NCBI RefSeq assembly: GCF_009914755.1
Contig: NC_060941.1
Length of the DNA stretch: 64,000 nt
Direction: 5' to 3' (one strand)
Origin: the human T2T-CHM13v2.0 reference genome, Homo sapiens
Both the position numbers and the translations under genes were made by a program. The notes below the pieces were generated by a model. That model worked only from the letters and a program-made list of their open reading frames with translations, was not told the origin of the DNA and did no database searches. Shown piece by piece: positions 39,062-50,671 of this stretch. The stretch's first letter is position 1. Each line of letters starts with the position of its first letter.

Positions 39062-42000
39062 GACTGGACGCCGCCGGGCGCTGGGCTGGAGCTGGGGGCA
39101 GCCCAGGGTTGTGGGGACACAGGAGGGCCAGGGAGGGGGGAGCCGGGGAGGGCAGGGGGTTTCCCGAAGATCGCACTGGAAGATTTTATAAAAGAATTTT
39201 TGTGGGTCGGGGGGACAGTAAACTTCCTGGGCCACGTGGGTCCTTCAGGAGTTTTTCAGGCAAGTTTTTCCTCTGTTTTTAATATATAACTATAATATAT
39301 ATGAATAGATAAATATAACTAATGTGCGTGAGAATGGGCCTGGCACACCTGGGGTGCTCGGGGGTAGGGCTGCCATGCTGCAGAGCTGATGGAGTGATGT
39401 TGTGGGCACAAGGCATCTGTCAGCTGCCTCCTTTAACAGCCATGCCTTCTGGAATCTGGAAGAGGACACCACTCCTGCAGTCACTGGGCAGCCACATAGC
39501 AGCTGCAGGTCCCAGGAGGGCCTGAGGTCAAAGCTGTGGAAGGCCCTCTTGGTATCAGGGCTCTCTCCCCATGGCCTCTTCCCCACCTCTGATTGCTGGT
39601 TGTGGCCCCATAGCTCATCACCCCTGTCTCCTGCTGAATGTGCAGGGCTGATGTGGCACTGAGGAGCTGACTTTGGTCAAAGGCCAGGCTCTGCCCAGCA
39701 GGGGACTTGACTGCCCTGGGCGCCCTGCCCCTCCCGCTGCGTGTCCAGGTCCAAAGTGGAGAGCCTGCCTTTGGGTTTAGTTCCCGAATCAGAATCCCAT
39801 CTCACCAGGGCGAAATTTTAATTTAAAAACTTAAAAAGAGACTTTTCTAACTTCCCTGGTTTGCGGTGCTTTTATTTCCGTTGGTGGGAAAAGCGGTCTC
39901 CTCAGAAGAGGGGTGGTGGGGGTCCCTTGCCACTGGGCTGGTCTGGATGTTTTTGCTGTGGGATGGTCACACCAGGGGCTCTGACAGCAAGGTCCAGGTT
40001 GGTGTGGGGAGGAGAGAGGGGCCGGGGTCCGTCCTGAGTTTCTGTGACCTTCCCTTCTTGGCCCCATCGGTGTAGCCCCCACCCACAGAGCCCTAGTGAG
40101 AAGAGCTGGAAGCCATTTTCATCTACAGTGGGGAGAGCTTCCTTCTAGCTGGGGGCCTCCTGATGGCCCCCCCAGGCCCTCCCAGGAAGCATCTTCCAGC
40201 TGGGCTCATCTCCGATACTCCTCTCCTCAGCTTCCCGGGGGCAGTATGTCCCTTTGGGTCATGGCCTGTGGAGTGGCCATGACCCAAAGTTCAATTAAGG
40301 CTGGCGGGTCCCCAGAGGGGCCTGCTTCCATTCCCCCTTCCCCGCAGCCCTGCAGGCGTCAGCATGGGGCGAGGTTACCAGTTCCTGACCCAGCAGCTCG
40401 TCCTCAGGTGGTCCTGCTGCTCGGGAGGTCAGCTGCGTGGGGAGCCTGTCCACCTGGCTGATGGGGGTGATGGCCGCGTGGCTGGGATTCCTCCTCCAGC
40501 CCTGCCCTTCACCGCCATACAGTCTGGGCAGCCCCTTCCTGTCCCGTCCTCCTGCCTCGCCCTCTGCTGGGGTCTACGGGGCCCAAGTCTTGCTGGAACA
40601 CAGGCAGGACAAGGGTTCTGGAGGTTCAGGCCGGAAGTGAAATAAAAGTCGAGAGGGGCCGGGCCCGGCACCCACCGCATCCTGCCTCCGGGCCTCCTCG
40701 GGCCCCTCACACGGTGGGGCAGCCCCTCCTCCAGTGGAGCGGAACGGTGGGCCCCGCTGCCCCTCCACCCCTGCGTGTGACACGGACGTGCTTGGAAGCT
40801 GGGTTCGTCCTTTCAGTTTTGTTTCCTGGTTGGAAACCCCTGAGACTCCTCCCCCTCCCCCCGCCCCTGCCCACCTGTGCTTTCCCAGGCTGGAAGGGGC
40901 AGCCCCTCTCAGCACGTGGGTGGTTAGGCTGTGACGTCCCCAGGCCTCCTGGGCCTGCACCGGGGTCCACCCAGGTGTGGGCCATGCCCAGGTGCGGGAA
41001 TGGTCGGGGGTTGCCCTGGCCGGCTTAGGGAATGTCGCTCTGGGACCTTCTGTGGGCGTGGGGAAGGCCTGGGTGAGGAGGGCTGGGCTGCACCTCCCTG
41101 CCAAGCTGGTGAATTTGGCTTCTAGACCCGGGAAACTGAGCCACCTTCTGACATTTCACAGCCAGGGTGGGGCCGAGAGCAACAGGAGCCCAGCTGGAGC
41201 CTGGGAGGGGTGGCCCTGCCTCTGCCTCCTGCCCGGGGAGAAAGGGGCTGGGGCCCAGGGGTGCCCGCCCGGGGCTCCGCTGTCTGAGCAGCTCCTCTCT
41301 TCTGTCCAGCTCTGAGCATGACATCATCACATGAAGACTCCCAGGGTCTCTGAAGAGCAGGCCAGGAGGGAGCGGCCACCCGACCCAGCCAAGCCTGCCC
41401 CGCTTTGCCCACGCGGGGGTCAGGGGCCAGAAACCTGTTTCTGGGCTGTTTCTCGCCACATTTTCCTTTCCTGTGTGATTTTGTCTCCTCACACCCCAAA
41501 GCGGGCCTCTTACTCTAGACATCCCTTTCCCATGCTGGGGAGATGGGAACTGGGGGTGGGGGGAGCCCCTTTGTCAACTCTGAGCACTTCCTTTTCTCTG
41601 AGGAGGGAGCCTCTGAGGCAGAAAGGCTTTGGTGACCTCAGGGCTTTATAAACCTCAGGGTGGGGGGGCCACTCTCATCTACTGGGGGACCCCTAGAATC
41701 TGGCTGGAGCCCAAGCTCAGGAGGTCAGGGGACTCCTTGGTCTCAGGAGCTTCAAGTGGGTTGCAGCAGTGATAGGGGCTCGTCTCTAGCAGTTGCTGCA
41801 CTGGCCCAAGCTCAGTCTCACTTGCAGTCCTCTGTCCCCTCACCTGCCAAGACCTTTAGTGAGTCCCTTGCCTGCAGGTGTTGGGGCTAGGGCAGAGGGA
41901 AGCAAATCACAAGCGACAAGCGCCAGGCTCGCACCACCTCTCCACCCGCCGCCTGGATGTCTTTTTCTAGGAGGGGAATGGGGAAACTGGGTCACAGCCA

Positions 42001-42617
42001 CAGCAGCCCCTGCTCTGTGCCTTCAGGCCCCGGCTGTCTCTGCAGCAGCCCACTCAAGGGAGAGAAGCGGAGGGCGGCAAACAGAAACCTGCCCAGCCGG
42101 CTGCAGGGGTTCGCCTCCAGCCATTGGCACTGCTTCCCCGGAATCCCACGCCAGGGGTCAGGAACCACCCTGAGCCAGCAGCAAGAGCGCAGCAGGCAGC
42201 TGCCACCCTCACCCCCAGAGTGCTGGACACTGACAGCACGGGCCCCAGCACCCCAGGCTAGAAGGCAGGTCTAGAGCCAGAAGGCAGGGCACCCCCAATC
42301 TAGCTGAGGCCAGGAGAGAGCTGGTGGGGTGAGCACCGGCCCAGCTGGTCCCGGGGCCAGGAGTCTCCCTGTCCCCAGTGCAGTGTCCAGCCCTCCGAAG
42401 CCCCGGCGCCCTTGAAGAATGGAAGCTGAGGACTCACTTTCAGGCTACAAACCAGACCCACTGTCCAAGAGAAGGTCTACCGAGTGGGCGGGCCTGGGGG
42501 TGGTCTGGAGGCACGTGGGGGGCTGCCTGGCCAACAGCGGGTATTTCCCTTTCCCTCCATCTTCCTGAGCCAGGACTGTCAGAGACGATTCGCCACACCT
42601 AAGCTTCCTCCTGAATG

Positions 42618-42623
42618 TTTATT
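42618..42623 (-). terminator. QRICH2: QRICH2 polyadenylation signal AATAAA
   Basis: tttatt on + immediately downstream of the last QRICH2 coding exon. Confidence 0.8.
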
Positions 42624-42634
42624 TACACCTCCGC

Positions 42635-42816
42635 TCACTGAGCGGTGCTGGACCGCGGCCCCCGCGTGGGCTCCTCGAGCCCCTCCCCAGGAGGCATGTC
42701 CACGTGCCTCTCCAGCCCCCTGTTTGCCACCGCGGCGGAGCTGGGCGGGTGGGCTGTGTTCGGCTGGGAGAGACGGCCCTCGGAGGAAGGTCTATCTTTC
42801 TGTTGACGAGAAGAAA
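42635..42816 (-). CDS. QRICH2: QRICH2 last exon, long C-terminus form (an alternative acceptor at 42799 gives ...NTSER-stop at 42792)
   Basis: tgtcttacag|TT. (V)SSRQQKDRPSSEGRLSQ...RGPRSSTAQ then TGA. AATAAA follows 11 nt after the stop. Confidence 0.82.
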
Positions 42817-43309
42817 CTGTAAGACAGGGGTGCTGAGGTTGCTCAACACATTCCCCAAGCCCACCAGGGGTCACCCCAGCCTGCCCAATGCCCAGGGAGG
42901 TTGAGAGCAGTTCTGTTCGCCATGCTGGGCTGACACAGGCTGGAGGGGAGCTGCCGGGGCCGGGGGGCACGGCGCAGGCCCATCTGAGCTCCTAAGCAGT
43001 CATGAAGCACCCTTCATGATCTTGTGAATGAAAAATAAGCAAACACGTCCTTCTGCAGGAGCCAAGAGCTGCCTCTTTGGTACTGTTTCCTGTTAATACA
43101 GACACGAGGTGACATCCACACCAACAGGCACAGGAATTTTCCTGAGACTACCAGTCCCTCTCTCCTGCTTCCAGGGCATTTTCAGTGCCCTTAGAGTAGA
43201 CACTGGGAGAAGGGAGCTAAGTATTCCCAAGAAAACAGAGTTCTGGGAGCCAGGGTGACAGTCATGTGCTCACTGTCCACCACTGAGACCTGCCGTTCCC
43301 AGCACAGCC

Positions 43310-43480
43310 TCTGGGCCAGAGGGCTTGGCTTTGAACTCCAGCTCTGCCGCTTCCTGGCTGTGTGACCTAGAGCAAGGACCTTCACCTCTCTGTGCCTCAG
43401 TTTTCTCAGCTGTAAGTGGTGCTAACGGCCCCTACCTCTAAGTGCTGGTACATAGATTGAAAGTGGTTCGTCCATGTAAA
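43310..43480 (+). mobile_element. MIR SINE remnant (similar remnants near 11170-11450, 17880-18080, 20200-20340, 28220-28400, 43790-43870)
   Basis: ctgtgtgacct...acctctctgtgcctcagttttctcagctgtaa MIR core. Confidence 0.7.
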
Positions 43481-44374
43481 GCTCCTAAACTACCTGGTCT
43501 GTGGGGGGCCCTGGATGATGCTGAGGAGCCATGAGCACCGCAGCCACTTTTCTGTTGTGATTTCCTCCTCCCTCAGCGCCGGGTCCTCACTGAGGGCTGG
43601 AGTGATGCTGGAGAGCATCTAGCCGAGGGGCAGGGGAGGGTGGAGGCTCTGGTTGGGGAGGGTCCCTGAACCTCCCACAGACATTCACAAGGAATGTGGG
43701 TGCATAACTGTTTTACAGGAGGAAGGTCGGCAGCTTTTATTAGATTCTTGGGGGGGGCCTGACTCCAAGCAGCACTAACCCAGCACCCCCTTGATGACAG
43801 ACGAGGAAACTGAGGTCTGGAGAGGGGAGAGCCCTTGTCAAGAGTGACCTTGCCCAGGGTCACTTGTCAGTGATCCAGCCTCCTGGCTGCAGGGCCTTGT
43901 TACCAAACCCTCCTGACCTTCAGGCCCAACTTAGCTCCTGCGGAGATCAAGGACCCAAGGGATCTTCCAGGCGGGAGGCAGAGAGAGGTTCCTCCATGAC
44001 AGGGTCGTGGCCTCTTGGGGACCCGGGCATGGCCTGTGCCCAGCAGCCACCATGCAGAGCCCAGGCGCACGAGCTCCATGACAGTGAGTGCACGTGAGCA
44101 GGGCAAGGGCATGGACCTGGAGCCAGAGATGTGGGTGGTGACCCTGTCCCTATTTCATCTTCTGTGGAATGGGACAGTAACAGCACCTACCCACCTCCCA
44201 GAAGGGGCACAAATCACTCAGTCACTCGGGGTTCCTCTTTTCCACACCCATCCCCCCCTTCGGCTCCCAGGCCCTCCCCTCTCCGGGGAGATAAAGGCCC
44301 TACATGAGCAGGAAAGGGGGCCGGCAGGGCCAGCGGGGAGGCCTGGCAGGACGCCCCACCCAGAGGGAAGCTAC

Positions 44375-44503
44375 CTGAGGTGTTGCCAGCCGAAATCTGG
44401 GCGCTCTGTGGCCGAGAGGGCAGCTGGCCATTGCTGCTGAGGGATGGCGGCCTGTGCACGTGGGGCCTGGGCTGCTGGGACTTGCGCTTTGAGGTCCCTG
44501 AGC
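44375..44503 (-). CDS. QRICH2: QRICH2 penultimate exon (129 nt)
   Basis: cccatcag|GC...G|GTAGCT. SGTSKRKSQQPRPHVHRPPSLSSNGQLPSRPQSAQISAGNTS. Confidence 0.9.
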
Positions 44504-45235
44504 CTGATGGGGGACAGGAGGGAAGGGTCAGTGCTGAGGCAGCGGTGAGAGCTCTGTGGGAACCCCTGGGGGTGGGGAGAGGGCCGCAGGGCTGCTGGTC
44601 ATGGCCGGCCTCAGCTGAGTGGGGTCCTCGTCATTCTGAATTTGTGGCTATGCCCCAGAGAAGCGGTCTTCATTCATTCTCGTGGCCACCCACCCACTCA
44701 CACAGAGTCCCTGAGGACCTGCACACGTCAGCCCTGTGCCAGGTGTGGGGTGAGTTCTGACCTGGGGTTTCCAGGGCAGGAAGGGAGGCATCTAGAAAGG
44801 CGCATACACAGCTAAATGCATGATGGGAAGTGACAAAGCGCAGGCTTCGGGCATTGCCACGGGAGGCGGGCATTCGGGGGCTGAAGCGGTGGGGCTCAGC
44901 AGAGGGCACTGTGCTGAGTTTTGAAGGAGGAGGAGGCCCTGATGATGCCATGGACAGAGGCCAAGACAGGAGAGCCCAGCAGTGCAGCCGGGATGGAGGC
45001 TGGCAAGAAAACACGGGGCCACCCCATCCCAGCTGATGGCTGAGGCTGGACAGCTGTCCTCCACCTGTGAACATTTACTTGGTGGCTTTTCGAGAGACCT
45101 GCACATTTGGAGTGAGGGGAATGGAGAAGGAAGACACCCAGGGTCTAGTGGCCCATAAAAGTGCCAGGCCCCACAATGGATGCACGCCCTGTGGGACCCA
45201 CGTGAGGTGCCTGGGGGCCTCTGGACTCCACTCAC

Positions 45236-45323
45236 TGTCTTTTCGGAGGATGCCTGGCAGCCTTGTGTCCATCCGTCCCTTGTAAATGTGGCCATCCAGG
45301 CCCAAGATGTCCACCTCATCATG
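45236..45323 (-). CDS. QRICH2: QRICH2 exon (88 nt)
   Basis: ttctacag|CAT...A|GTGAGT. HDEVDILGLDGHIYKGRMDTRLPGILRKD(S). Confidence 0.92.
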
Positions 45324-45718
45324 CTGTAGAAGTGAACAGATACCGTCGCCACTGTAGCAGCCACAGCCCTCCCCTGGCCCCTTCACACGGGACTGAGGCA
45401 CAGAGCACTGTGGTCTCAGAACCCTCCTGGGGGGCTCTGGGAGGCACTAGGGTGGAGCGAGAAGGTGGAGGGAGGTGAAACAGTATCTGGGCCACGGTGG
45501 GAGGCCTGGGAGGCCGGAATGCTGCTGGGCAGGCAGGTGGCCGGGGTGAATCTTTCTTCCCAGAAAAGGGTAAGAACCTGAGGCTTTGACTGGGTCTGAT
45601 TAAGGAATTGCCTCAAGGCAGAGGGCTGGCTGATTTTCTGGTGGCTTTAGAGAATGACTCAGGAATCTGGAGCCATGTCAGGGCCTCCCTCCCTGGTGGC
45701 TCCAGGCAGGGCCCTGAC

Positions 45719-45866
45719 CTTCATGGCAATCTGGATCTCTTCAGTAGGATACAGGCCCCGGGGAAGGTGCTGCGGGCGGCTGCGGTGGTAGGGGTAGGTG
45801 AGGGTGTGGCTGCCCCCGCAGCGCCGGGGCACAGTTGAGTAGGTGTAATCAGCCATATCTGTCACC
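45719..45866 (-). CDS. QRICH2: QRICH2 exon (148 nt)
   Basis: catcacag|G...AAG|GTCAGG. VTDMADYTYSTVPRRCGGSHTLTYPY...EEIQIAMK. Confidence 0.92.
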
Positions 45867-46075
45867 CTGTGATGAAGACAGGATGGAGTCATTGGGAGCA
45901 GACCACCAGGGATGTCACCTGGGACTCACCCACCCATGGGGCTGACCAGAGGGAAGGGGCACAGCTTCTCTTCGGGGGCTGCCGGGAGGCTGAGCAGCAG
46001 GGGCCCAGAACAGGCGGGCGGGGGTAGAGCAGCCGTGAGGCCGGGCCACCCCAGTGACTGTGCACATGGGCAGGC

Positions 46076-46432
46076 GTGCACACACACACCCACACACTCA
46101 CACATGTACTCATACACACAGTCACACACACACATACATGCACACACACATACTTATGCACATACACACGAAGATGCACATACACACGAACATATACATA
46201 CATACTCATACACATGCACACACACACACGTACTCATACACACGTACTCATACATGCACACACATACTCAAACACCCACACTCACGCACTCACTCCCACA
46301 CTCATACACACACGCACTCATACACACACACCCTTACACACACTCATACATTGACACACCCATAGACACATGGCTTACACACATCACACACACTAACACC
46401 CCTCGCCCACACTTTCTCTCACACACACACAC
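46076..46432. repeat. Degenerate (CA)n low-complexity tract in a QRICH2 intron
   Basis: About 350 bp of cacacata/cacactca variants. Confidence 0.92.
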
Positions 46433-46544
46433 TCCCTTTTCTCCCCCAGCAGTGGGGCAAGGCATTTGCACAGCCGTGCACGAGCAGAAGCCAAGCCTGG
46501 TCACTGGGTGCCTGCTCCCATGGCCTCGCCCGCCTCTCCTGTAC

Positions 46545-46745
46545 CGTTTGTAGCAGGGGGAGCCCAGGCACTGGGCGTGCAGCAGCTCGCGGATTATCTG
46601 GCTGCTGGCCTTGGTGGAGCCCCCGAAGTGGATCTGCACCTTCTCAATGTTCATCAGCATCTTGGAGTGCATGGAGCGCAGGCGCCCCACGCTCTGCTCC
46701 ATCTGCGCCAGGTCACCCCGAGGGAAGGCGCTGCCCAGCTTGAGG
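46545..46745 (-). CDS. QRICH2: QRICH2 exon (201 nt)
   Basis: ccctgcag|C...CG|GTACAG. LKLGSAFPRGDLAQMEQSVGRL...CLGSPCYK(R). Confidence 0.9.
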
Positions 46746-47596
46746 CTGCAGGGTGTGAGCAGAACAGAGGGAGGGTTGGCCCATGGCGGGGGCCTTGACC
46801 TTGTGTAAGCCGAATCCTTCAGTTCCGGGTCCCTTTTGTGCAGGACCCAGCTAGGCTGGGGGTCGCTGGGCAGCTTGACCCCTCAGCAGTAGTCCTTTCC
46901 ACAGCATCTGAGGGCCAGACTTGCCGGGAAGGCTTTCCTCAGATGGGGAAGTGCAGGCCAGCCAAATGGAAGAAAGCCCTGCTGCCTGTCTGCAGCTGTG
47001 GGTGGAGGAGCTGAGGGCAGCCCCGGGCCTTCCCATCTCGGCGCACCTGGCCTAGCATACCTGGAACCCACAGGGCTCCAAGAGCAGCCTGAAGTCCTCT
47101 GAACTATGGACTCCCATCCTTAGGAGAAGGGGAGCAGCAGAGAGGTGGGCAGGAGCCGGAGGGAGCATGAGATGCCCACCGCCAGCCTCCTTCGTTGGCT
47201 GAGCCCACCCTCTGGCTGAGCTATACCGGACCCTCCCCCCACCGCTCTAATCCCGGGGTTGCTGAGACAGCCGAAGGCTGAGGAAGAGGTTGAGAAGTAG
47301 AGGAGCTCTCAGAGGCAGCTGGCGCCCTTGACGAAGTCCCACCGTAACTCCCAAAAGCAGGTGTGACTAGGTCTGCCTCCTACGCTCATGCCTTGGGAAC
47401 TGCCAGGGAGCTAGTTCAGAAATCGGCCTGCGGCCCCCACTGTCCCATTCCAAGGAGGAGGCTCTCCACACTGTCCCACAGCACTGCCTTCTGTCACGTT
47501 CCGCTGGGCCCTCCGGAGTCATCCCTGTCCCCTGCCTTCCCCATCCAGAGCCCTGGCCCCGGACCCATATGTCCCATATGCTGTCCCATAGCATAC

Positions 47597-47698
47597 TTGC
47601 GGCTATGCTGCCGGACCTGCTCCAGTTCAAACACCGTGTAGGGGCGGATGGAATGGTGCCCAGGTAGGCCTGGACCCGCGGGGGTCACGGGGATGGCA
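47597..47698 (-). CDS. QRICH2: QRICH2 exon (102 nt)
   Basis: ctgcccag|T...AA|GTATGC. AIPVTPAGPGLPGHHSIRPYTVFELEQVRQHSR(N). Confidence 0.92.
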
Positions 47699-47918
47699 CT
47701 GGGCAGGGACAGAGGGAGAAGGGGCGGGTCAGAGTGGGACAAGTCCGGTCCCCCAAATCCACCTGCCTAAAGAACCTTCCCACCCGCCCCCGGCCTGGAA
47801 GGGAGCGAGGGCTGGAAGCAGACACATGAAAGAAAGGGAGAGGACAGGTGGACACAGGTGAAGGGAGGAGACGCAGCCCTGCCATGCGAGGCCACGTGCC
47901 GGCGGTGTGGGCACTCAC

Positions 47919-47984
47919 TGTCCAGTCACAGGTGTCTCCAAGGGCCGGTCACATGAGAGGCAGTGGAAATGTGCCAGGAGCTGC
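47919..47984 (-). CDS. QRICH2: QRICH2 exon (66 nt)
   Basis: cctaacag|G...CA|GTGAGT. QLLAHFHCLSCDRPLETPVTG(H). Confidence 0.92.
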
Positions 47985-48588
47985 CTGTTAGGAATGGGAC
48001 GCACACGCAGGGTGAGTGCTCTGCCCGGAAGACCCAGAAGGGCTTGGGGCTCTGCAGGCCCCTGGAAGCTCAGCCCACCAGGGTGCAGATCATGTCCCTG
48101 CTCCCCAGGAATCCATCTGCTCCCACCTCTGGGCTCACATCCCAGACCTCCCTGTCCTAACCCAAAGCCAGCAGGCTTCCCATGGGCCCCTGAGGGTGCC
48201 CTGTGCAAGTCTCGGGCGCCCCCTGGCGGCCACGAATGGGAATCCTGGAATTCAAGCCTACCACGGGCCAGGTCCTATGGGCCAGGCCCCCAGGAGCTGT
48301 CTCAGCTCTGGGTACTGAGGACCTCTCCCTGTCCCAAAGGCCCAGCTTAGCTCAGCCAAACCCTGAGAGCCTTAAGCCTCCCCTCCTCCCTTTCTCTGCT
48401 GTAATACGAAGGGGCCTGAGCTAGAAGAGCGTTTCAAGCTCTAAAATTCTGTCCCTCCAACCATGGGACAGTCCTGGGCAGGATCCGCTGTGTGCTGGCA
48501 GGAGCTGTTTGTCTGGAGACCCCCAGCCCCCTCTGCCCTCACCCCCTGAAGAGCGTGCCAGCCTCCTCCCCTGCCTCCCAGGCCTCAC

Positions 48589-48710
48589 CTCCGCATGGCA
48601 GCCGCCTCGTCTGCCTGGTAGAGTGGGGGGCGCTCCCTGAGCTGCTGTCGCAGCGATTTCCACCGATCCTCCAGCAACTGCTTCACTGGGTCCAGCTCCA
48701 GGCGGTCCAG
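48589..48710 (-). CDS. QRICH2: QRICH2 exon (122 nt)
   Basis: ccacag|CTG...AG|GTGAGG. LDRLELDPVKQLLEDRWKSLRQQLRERPPLYQADEAAAMR(R). Confidence 0.92.
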
Positions 48711-48842
48711 CTGTGGCGGGGAAAGAGGGGCCAGGGGACCTCTAAGGAAGCAGGTAGGGGGCTGACCCAGGAGAAGGTGGTGCTGTCCCGATCCTGGGGG
48801 CAAGGCTGTGGGATGGAGAGCCCCGCCATGCCCCTGCCTCAC

Positions 48843-49007
48843 CTTGTTGTCCATCTCTGTGAGCAGCCTGTCCAGCATCTTCTGCCAGTCCTGCTCCTGC
48901 CCGCTCATCTTGGCCACCAGCTCCTGCATCATGTGGTTCAGCTGCTCCGTGGTGGCATCAAACTGGACACGGCTCACTTTGGTGGCCAGAGCACTCTTGT
49001 CGGCTTT
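48843..49007 (-). CDS. QRICH2: QRICH2 exon (165 nt)
   Basis: gggcag|AAA...AAG|GTGAGG. KADKSALATKVSRVQFDATTEQL...LLTEMDNK. Confidence 0.92.
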
Positions 49008-49209
49008 CTGCCCAGAGACAGACAGAGGTCCCCGCATCTGGGAGATGGCCATGGAGGGGCCCCATTCCCTGGGGGTGTCGACCCCTATCACCAGGCAGGT
49101 TTCTGAGAGCCCACACTCGTCTCGCCAGCTCCCCTCCACTCAGTCTCTCAAAGAACAGTCAGCGAGACCGCCCTGGGACACAGCGTGGCTCCTGGGGCCT
49201 GGCACCCAC

Positions 49210-49284
49210 CACATCGATCTCCATCTCCAGGTGCTCCCTGTTGGCCTTTTCCTTTTCGAGCTTCTCCAGACCCTGGTACAGCAT
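49210..49284 (-). CDS. QRICH2: QRICH2 exon (75 nt)
   Basis: ctccccag|ATG...GTG|GTGGGT. MLYQGLEKLEKEKANREHLEMEIDV. Confidence 0.92.
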
Positions 49285-49386
49285 CTGGGGAGGCCAAGTG
49301 AACAGAGAAAAAAAGAGCCAGCAGCTGCGGGGCTAGGGCACCACATTGAGCCCCGGCCCCATCCCAGCCACCCTGCGGCCGCTCAC

Positions 49387-49509
49387 AGCAATGTCCTTCT
49401 GTTTCTGCCGATGGTCCTCGATGAGGTTGCTGGTGGTGATGTTGAGCTTCTCGCAGTCACCCTGCACCTGCAGGATGGCACTCTGCACACGGCCCAGCAG
49501 CTCCTCGTC
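49387..49509 (-). CDS. QRICH2: QRICH2 exon (123 nt)
   Basis: ccgcag|GAC...GCT|GTGAGC. DEELLGRVQSAILQVQGDCEKLNITTSNLIEDHRQKQKDIA. Confidence 0.92.
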
Positions 49510-50419
49510 CTGCGGCAGGAGGGATGGGAAGGCTCTCGGAGGCTGCTGGCGCGATCCCACCCCCTGCTGCCATAATATTGCTGCCCCAGGTAAGTTGGCC
49601 CTTAAAACATCTGCAAGGCTGGGAGCGGTGGCTCATGCCTGTAGTCCTGGCACTTTGGGAAGCTGAGGTGAGGCGAGAGGATCACTTGAGCCCAGGAGTT
49701 CAAGAACAGCCTGGGCAACATAGGGAGACCCTGTCTCAAAAACAATGGAAAACAATTTTCCACTAACAGTGCGGGAGGCCCTCTGTCTGCCCTTTCTGGG
49801 TGTCCACCCCCACAGGACACAAGCGTCAGTCACCTACATCCCCATGGACTAGCCTTGTGACCCTGGCCTGCCGGTCAGGGGTCATTAGAGGTGATGGAGG
49901 CTCAGGAGTGATGTGCTGTCCCGGGGCACTTGAGAGCTGGGCTGTGGGCTTTATTCTCCCCTCCTCTCCTGGCCCAAATCTGAGTTCCTCAGCCCAAGAG
50001 GCAGGACCCAGGATTTGTGGCTGTGCCCGCCCCCACCAGCAAGCCTGCCCTTTCTAGGGAAATTGAGAAGGGGTTGGAAGACTCGCGTGCCAGGGAGTCA
50101 ACATCTCCTACAGTTGGGCCTGTGTCTCCAGGGCACGCGAAGGGCACTGATCTGTCCTCAGCCGGCCTGTGCTGTCCCACCCCATCAAGCCAGCTCTTCC
50201 CCATGGTCTCCTGTCCCCAAAGCTAGTTCTGCTGCTACCCTCGCTGTGGACCTGCAGAAAGACCAGGGACTCTTGTGGGATCTGGCTAAAGGGCTCCGCC
50301 ACGGAGAGCTGACCTTGAGGCCCAAACACCCGCCCCACTTCTGTGGGTCTGCAGCAGGGTGGCCCTCCTCTGTGGGGCCATGTCCAGTTGCAGCAGGAGG
50401 GAGGCGAGCAGAGCCCCAC

Positions 50420-50671
50420 CTGTCTCTGGAGCTTGGCCTTCTTGGAGGGTCGGGAGACGGCCAGGCTGTTGACCATGTCTTGGAGTTGCTCATAGCGCCG
50501 CACCAGCGTGCTGACCTGATGGCTCACATCCAGGCTGCAGGCTGGACAGGTGGCCTCAGGGTCGATCTGGCCAGGAGCCAAGGTGTGGGCCTTGTGCGGG
50601 GCCATGCTCATGGACAGGAGCGTGGAGGAGGAGGTCAGCATGCTCTCAATGATCATCCTGAGCTTGTCCAA
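50420..50671 (-). CDS. QRICH2: QRICH2 exon (252 nt)
   Basis: cacgcag|TTG...CAG|GTGGGG. LDKLRMIIESML...TCPACSLDV...KAKLQRQ. Confidence 0.92.

Noticed and set aside
44214-44374. Read-through of the QRICH2 penultimate exon as a terminal exon
   Set aside because: I saw no poly(A) signal nearby, while the downstream exon has valid acceptors and AATAAA.
45889-46553. His/Thr- or Cys/Val-rich ORFs
   Set aside because: Translations of the (CA)n low-complexity tract.
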